Of a stretch of 64,000 nucleotides of DNA, positions 59,873 to 64,000 are shown one piece after another. Made by a program: the position numbers and the translations under genes. Position 1 is the stretch's first letter; each line of letters opens with the position of its first letter. The notes beneath the pieces are model-generated. The model searched no databases, was not told the origin of the DNA, and saw only the letters and a program-made list of their open reading frames with translations. Origin of the DNA: Bacteroidota bacterium (GTDB lineage: Bacteria; Bacteroidota; Bacteroidia; Flavobacteriales; Flavobacteriaceae); the NCBI GenBank assembly GCA_043728355.1, contig JAYTMQ010000055.1, positions 16,937 through 80,936 of the forward strand, in the 5' to 3' direction.

Positions 59873-59920
59873 TATACCTTGCTAAATGTGATAAAATATA
59901 GATACATTTAGCAAGGTATA
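59873..59920. repeat. Fourth copy of the ATPase-3 palindrome, immediately after its stop codon (17-bp perfect arms)
   Basis: TATACCTTGCTAAATGT-N14-ACATTTAGCAAGGTATA. Confidence 0.9.
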
Positions 59921-60021
59921 TTTTTTTAATTTTAATCAAAATTAAATTTGATAAAACTATACCTAACAGGTGAGTTGTAAAATTTGATAAGTTTTGCAAA
60001 ATAAACTTTAGCCTACTTTTA

Positions 60022-60203
60022 TGTCCCGTTAGGGACTAAATATTGGTAGTAGAAAATTTATTTTCAATGTTTTCACATTTGTCCCAGAGGGACTATATGT
60101 TGGTATCTAACGCAATGATATTTAATTCAACATAAAGTCCCTACGGGACAAATTTAATTCTTGGAATATTTTATACTACCAATATTAAGTCCCTAACGGG
60201 ACA
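60022..60203. repeat. BIME-like cluster of four GTCCC-N3/4-GGGAC REP units in nested inverted arrangement
   Basis: Outer arms 60022-60051 and 60174-60203 are 29/30 complementary; inner arms at about 60077-60102 and 60128-60153. Confidence 0.85.
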
Positions 60204-60289
60204 AAAAAAGTATAAATAATAATCTTAAAATTAAAAAAAAATTACCAACCTACTTAACAAGTATTTAAAATCTGTTAGTGTTAAATTTA

Positions 60290-61228
60290 CTAATTTCTTG
60301 GCAAGAAAATTTCTGCCATCATACAACGTGCGCTTCCGCCGCCACAAGCTTCAATCGTATCAAGACTTGAACTCAAAATTGTAATGTGCTCTTCAAGTTG
60401 TGCAATTTGTTTTTTGTTCAAACTTTGGTGTGCAGAATTGCTCATTATTAAATAACGTCTTTCGTTTGACCCAACTAATTCGAGCATATTTCCTGCAAAA
60501 TTATTCATTTGATCTTCGGTGATTAAAATGATTTCTTTTTCGTCTGCTTTTAAGCTGTCAATAACCATTTTTCGCTCTTTTTTATCATCGATACAATCGG
60601 CACAAATTACTGCAAAAGTATCGCCAATACACATCATTACGTTGGTGTGATAAATTAGTTTTCGTTCGCCATCGACAGTTTGAAAAGCTTCGAAAATGAT
60701 TGGACTCATATCGAAATCTTCGCAAAATTCTATAAACAATTCTTCGTCAGCACGGGGCGAAAGTGCGCAATAGGCTTTTCCGTTTTCGCGATCTAAAACA
60801 ATGCTTCCAGTTCCTTCGAGATAAAAACCATCTTCTTCGGCCGATGAATAATCCATTATTTCTTCGTTGATTTCGAAACCTTTGGCTTCAAGAATATCCA
60901 AAATATCTTCACGACGTTCTAATCGACGGTTTTCGGCAAACATGGGATACAAAACTACATCACCATTTTCGTGGAAAGAAATCCAATTGTTCGGAAAAAT
61001 AGAATCGGGCGTGCTTGGTTCTAAAGTATCGTCAACTACTGTAACATCAATGCCAACCAATCGCAATTTATTCACGAAAGTGTCAAACTCTTCTTTGGCT
61101 TTGGCATTGACAGTTTCTGATGAAAGTCCGTCAAGCACTTTTTGATAATAGTTATTTACAGCAGTTTGCTCGTTCATTCGAAACGCAACTGGGCGAATCA
61201 TTAGTATGGAATTGGTTGTTTGGTTCAT
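60290..61228 (-). CDS. ctlX: Citrulline utilisation hydrolase / amidinotransferase family
   Basis: MIRPVAF..N.QTAVNN, TPDSIFPNNW, LEGTGS, IYHTNVMM, GGGSARCM. Confidence 0.88.
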   Translation of the reverse strand: MNQTTNSILMIRPVAFRMNEQTAVNNYYQKVLDGLSSETVNAKAKEEFDTFVNKLRLVGIDVTVVDDTLEPSTPDSIFPNNWISFHENGDVVLYPMFAENRRLERREDILDILEAKGFEINEEIMDYSSAEEDGFYLEGTGSIVLDRENGKAYCALSPRADEELFIEFCEDFDMSPIIFEAFQTVDGERKLIYHTNVMMCIGDTFAVICADCIDDKKERKMVIDSLKADEKEIILITEDQMNNFAGNMLELVGSNERRYLIMSNSAHQSLNKKQIAQLEEHITILSSSLDTIEACGGGSARCMMAEIFLPRN

Positions 61229-61315
61229 TTTTTTTTGTTTTTTTTGTTTAAAAAGTTTTAGGTTTCAGGTTTCAAGTTTAATGCGAACTTGAAACATAAA
61301 CTTGAAACAAATTTC

Positions 61316-62230
61316 TTAATCTCTTATCAAAGGCAAAGTCGAACATCTCAACAATCCTTCTTGTTTTGAGATTTCGGAGTATGGAATTTCTTCTACAATA
61401 AAGCCGTTTTCTCGTAACCAATTGTTTAATCTTGTGAAGTTTTTTTCTGAAACAACTACGTTATCATCTATCGAAAAAACGTTCGAATTCATATTATACA
61501 TTTCATCTCTATTGATGTGAAACAGGTTTTCTTTTCCAAAAAGATTTACCAAAAACATATAATCGGCTTCTTCACGGAAACCACTTTTATAAATAATTCC
61601 TTTGTTTTTTCCGACCGGCTGAAAGCAACAATCTAAATGTAAAGCATTGTCTCGGGCTTCGATTTTTGATTTTACAAGGTCGAATTCTTTGACGATTTTA
61701 TTTGGAAATAAATTTTTAATGTATTCTACACCAGCCATATTAGTCCTAGCTGTAATGTAATCTTTGTAATCAGAACCTTTGTATGTTCCAATAAAAATGT
61801 AATCGTTGTGCAACATTACATCGCCACCTTCAATATGAACTTCTTGTGGCGGACGAACAACTTTTGCTGGATTTATTTGGTCAATAATGTACTGAATAGC
61901 ATCGAGTTCGCGCTCACGATCAGGCAAAATATTAGCTCTTATGAACGTATCTTCAATTACAAAACCAATATCTCGAGTAAAAATTTGGTTATAGTTTTCT
62001 ATCATTTCTGGTCGAAAAACTTTGACATCATATTTTAAGAAAATTTTATTAAAGGCATCCATTTCCAGAACCATATCGGCTTCGATTGGATAGGTTCCAG
62101 CCATAATATGTTCTAGTGATTTTGGATCGTAGGCTTCGTCAGCAGTTGGCGTTGGTCCATTATTTATTGCAGAACCAAGAACTACAGCTTTTAATCTTGA
62201 TGTTTCGTTTTTAACGTTTAGTTGTAACAT
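61316..62230 (-). CDS. Arginine deiminase / DDAH (amidinotransferase superfamily) protein
   Basis: ETSRLKAVVLG, QIFTRD, IEGGD, LHLDC, GLLRCSTLPL.R. Start taken at MLQLNV. Confidence 0.85.
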   Translation of the reverse strand: MLQLNVKNETSRLKAVVLGSAINNGPTPTADEAYDPKSLEHIMAGTYPIEADMVLEMDAFNKIFLKYDVKVFRPEMIENYNQIFTRDIGFVIEDTFIRANILPDRERELDAIQYIIDQINPAKVVRPPQEVHIEGGDVMLHNDYIFIGTYKGSDYKDYITARTNMAGVEYIKNLFPNKIVKEFDLVKSKIEARDNALHLDCCFQPVGKNKGIIYKSGFREEADYMFLVNLFGKENLFHINRDEMYNMNSNVFSIDDNVVVSEKNFTRLNNWLRENGFIVEEIPYSEISKQEGLLRCSTLPLIRD

Positions 62231-62296
62231 AAAATGTTTTAGATTTCGATTTGGCAAATGTAAAATTCTTATTTCTAATGAGCAATAAATTACGAG

Positions 62297-63268
62297 TTAA
62301 ACTAAAATCAAATCAATATTCTTTTCTTCAAAGAATGTTTTTACAATTTTTTCTGATTCTGAAAGTAGTTGTTCTAAAGATTTTTGTTCTTTGTTTAATA
62401 TTTTATAAACTTCTGATTCTGATATTTCTTCTGATGAATTATCAGTATTTTCGATTGCTTCTTTTAACACCAAAACACGCAAACCTTCGTCTTTTATTTT
62501 TCCGAGTTCTGCGATAATCCAACTTAATGCAAAAAAATAATTTTTATTGATATCGATTGGTTTTTCGAATTTTAGTGCGGTTGGCAAAATATTAAACTTA
62601 GAATTGATGGTTTCTTGGGTTAAATATTTTTTTAAATAATCAGCAACTTTTCCATTACTTTCAGCATATTTAAAGACGCTATTTAATGCTTGCGTATAGA
62701 TTGACAACCATCGCAAACGACGACGAAGTTCGTGAATATCGTCTTCGACATGATCGAAATCGAATGTTGTTTCGGTCATAAACTCATTAATTTTTTCGAC
62801 AGCCTTGACAAAGAATTTTTTGATTTTTGCAAATTCGTCTTTTTCAGAAAGCCATTTGATATCGTTTAATGTCGATTTTATTTTTTCGATTCGTTTTCCA
62901 TCAAGCCAGTTTTCATTTTCAATAATTTTGTTTAATTCAGCAAGTTTTAATTCTTTTTGCTTGTGTAAATAATCTATAATTTCGGGTTTTATTTTTAGAT
63001 TTGTTGCAAATTCAATCGCATAAGCATTGTAATAATCGACAGCGCCAATTGCATCTTCAACCAATTTTATTTGTTCTTTACGTTTTTCTAAATCTTTGCT
63101 GTCGTACACTTTTTCGTAAACTCTCGCTGTTGCTTCTAGCATAAACATTGGCGTTCTCAAACTGTTTTCGAATAACCAAAGTGCTGGATTTTGTTGATTT
63201 TTTGCTTCATTTAACAAGTTTTCGACTTGGCTTAGATGAAGATTGAATATTTCTTTTCCTGGTTTCAT
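62297..63268 (-). CDS. Hypothetical all-helical protein, CHAD-like
   Basis: VEDAIGAVD, IHELRRRLRWL and ELGKIKD resemble the CHAD H..R...R and LG...D motifs. Confidence 0.55.
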   Translation of the reverse strand: MKPGKEIFNLHLSQVENLLNEAKNQQNPALWLFENSLRTPMFMLEATARVYEKVYDSKDLEKRKEQIKLVEDAIGAVDYYNAYAIEFATNLKIKPEIIDYLHKQKELKLAELNKIIENENWLDGKRIEKIKSTLNDIKWLSEKDEFAKIKKFFVKAVEKINEFMTETTFDFDHVEDDIHELRRRLRWLSIYTQALNSVFKYAESNGKVADYLKKYLTQETINSKFNILPTALKFEKPIDINKNYFFALSWIIAELGKIKDEGLRVLVLKEAIENTDNSSEEISESEVYKILNKEQKSLEQLLSESEKIVKTFFEEKNIDLILV

Positions 63269-63372
63269 TTTTTTGTAATTTTTTGAATTTGAACGCAGAT
63301 GACGCAGATTAGACGGATTTACGCAGATTTTTATAAAATGATTTTTGAATTTGACTCTTGAATTTGACTCTT

Positions 63373-63471
63373 GCGTTAGGGATAGAAGGGAAAATCCTTT
63401 TTTGGCGATTTTTCTTCGCCGAAAAAGATTGGAATGATAGCCCGACCCGCTTTTTCGGCGAGGTAACGCCC
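63373..63471 (-). ncRNA. Flavo-1-like structured RNA/repeat element
   Basis: The minus strand reads GGGCGTTACC...GGGTCGGGCTATCATTCCAATCTTTTT-hairpin-AAAAAAGGATTTTCCCTTCTATCCCTAACGC. It resembles the Flavobacteria Flavo-1 motif from memory (not searched). Confidence 0.6.
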
Positions 63472-63503
63472 AAAAGAAAAACTCCTCGATTAGGAGAAGT
63501 TTT
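63472..63503 (-). terminator. Intrinsic terminator after gltA
   Basis: Minus strand CTCCT-AATCG-AGGAG followed by TTTTTCTTTT. Confidence 0.6.
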
Positions 63504-63510
63504 AAAGAAT

Positions 63511-64000
63511 TTATCGTTTATCGACTGCTTTGAAATCTCTTAGCGGATGACCTGTATAAACTTGTCTTGGGCGACCGATTGGCTCCTTGTTTTCGCGCAT
63601 TTCTTTCCATTGTGCTATCCAACCTGGAAGGCGACCAATTGCGAAAAGTACAGTAAACATATCGGTTGGAATTCCTAATGCTCGGTAAATAATTCCTGAA
63701 TAAAAATCGACATTTGGATATAATTTTCTCGAAACAAAATATTCGTCAACCAAAGCTGATTCTTCTAATTTTTTGGCAATTTGAAGAATTGGATCGTTCA
63801 CTCCTAGTGTTGACAAAACCTCATCGGCTGCTTGTTTTATGATTTTGGCTCTTGGATCGAAATTTTTGTAAACTCGGTGTCCGAATCCCATTAATCGGAA
63901 TTCGTCGTTCTTGTCTTTGGCTTTGGCAAGATATTTTTCGGCATCGCCACCATTTTTCTGAATTTCTTCGAGCATTTCAAGAACGGCTTGATTGGCGCCA
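63511..64000 (-). CDS. gltA: Citrate synthase, 3' part (5' end outside the window)
   Basis: [51 protein letters not shown]. Confidence 0.97.
   Translation of the reverse strand, partial: GANQAVLEMLEEIQKNGGDAEKYLAKAKDKNDEFRLMGFGHRVYKNFDPRAKIIKQAADEVLSTLGVNDPILQIAKKLEESALVDEYFVSRKLYPNVDFYSGIIYRALGIPTDMFTVLFAIGRLPGWIAQWKEMRENKEPIGRPRQVYTGHPLRDFKAVDKR

Noticed and set aside
596-61237. Poly-A/T runs as phase-variation tracts
   Set aside because: Runs of 8-10 nt are expected at this AT content, and no frameshifted gene was evident.
928-63543. Numerous 60-127 aa ORFs antisense to or overlapping the long genes
   Set aside because: They are shadow ORFs of well-supported CDSs with no recognisable motifs. 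57915-58196 and 63358-63543 merely run through palindromic repeats.
1-64000. tRNA/rRNA genes, IS transposases, integrases, prophage genes
   Set aside because: None recognisable by eye in the window.

Overview
This is a very AT-rich Bacteroidota chromosome segment, most likely Flavobacterium (TAnnTTTG promoters, gene content, intergenic repeat types). About 53 kb is surface-polysaccharide biosynthesis on the minus strand. Locus A (1-18.9 kb) is an ABC-exported (Wzm/Wzt) cluster with VioA/B-like genes, glycosyltransferases, neuBCA and a tailoring set (AsnB-like amidotransferase, deacetylase, GNAT, methyltransferase). Locus B (19-52.8 kb) is a Wza/Wzc capsule/EPS cluster with an EpsG/Wzy polymerase, two Wza-Wzc pairs, a PHP phosphatase, nucleotide-sugar enzymes and a PglF/PglE/PglC-like initiation module; it has no recognisable Wzx. 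The rest is housekeeping: recR, an SSS symporter, a CoA-binding protein, MarC, an SDR/DUF2867 protein, ctlX, an ADI-family gene, a CHAD-like gene and the 3' end of gltA. The most striking unexplained structure is three stand-alone ATPase-wHTH-PD-(D/E)xK genes, each with its own distinct DNA repeat array at its promoter. The arrays have a 31-32 bp period (about three helical turns) and ACYT...ARGT-bounded, quasi-palindromic units; one gene is flanked on both sides by its cognate palindrome. Several palindromic intergenic repeat families, including a Flavo-1-like element, are also present. All assignments come from reading motifs by eye; no searches were run.
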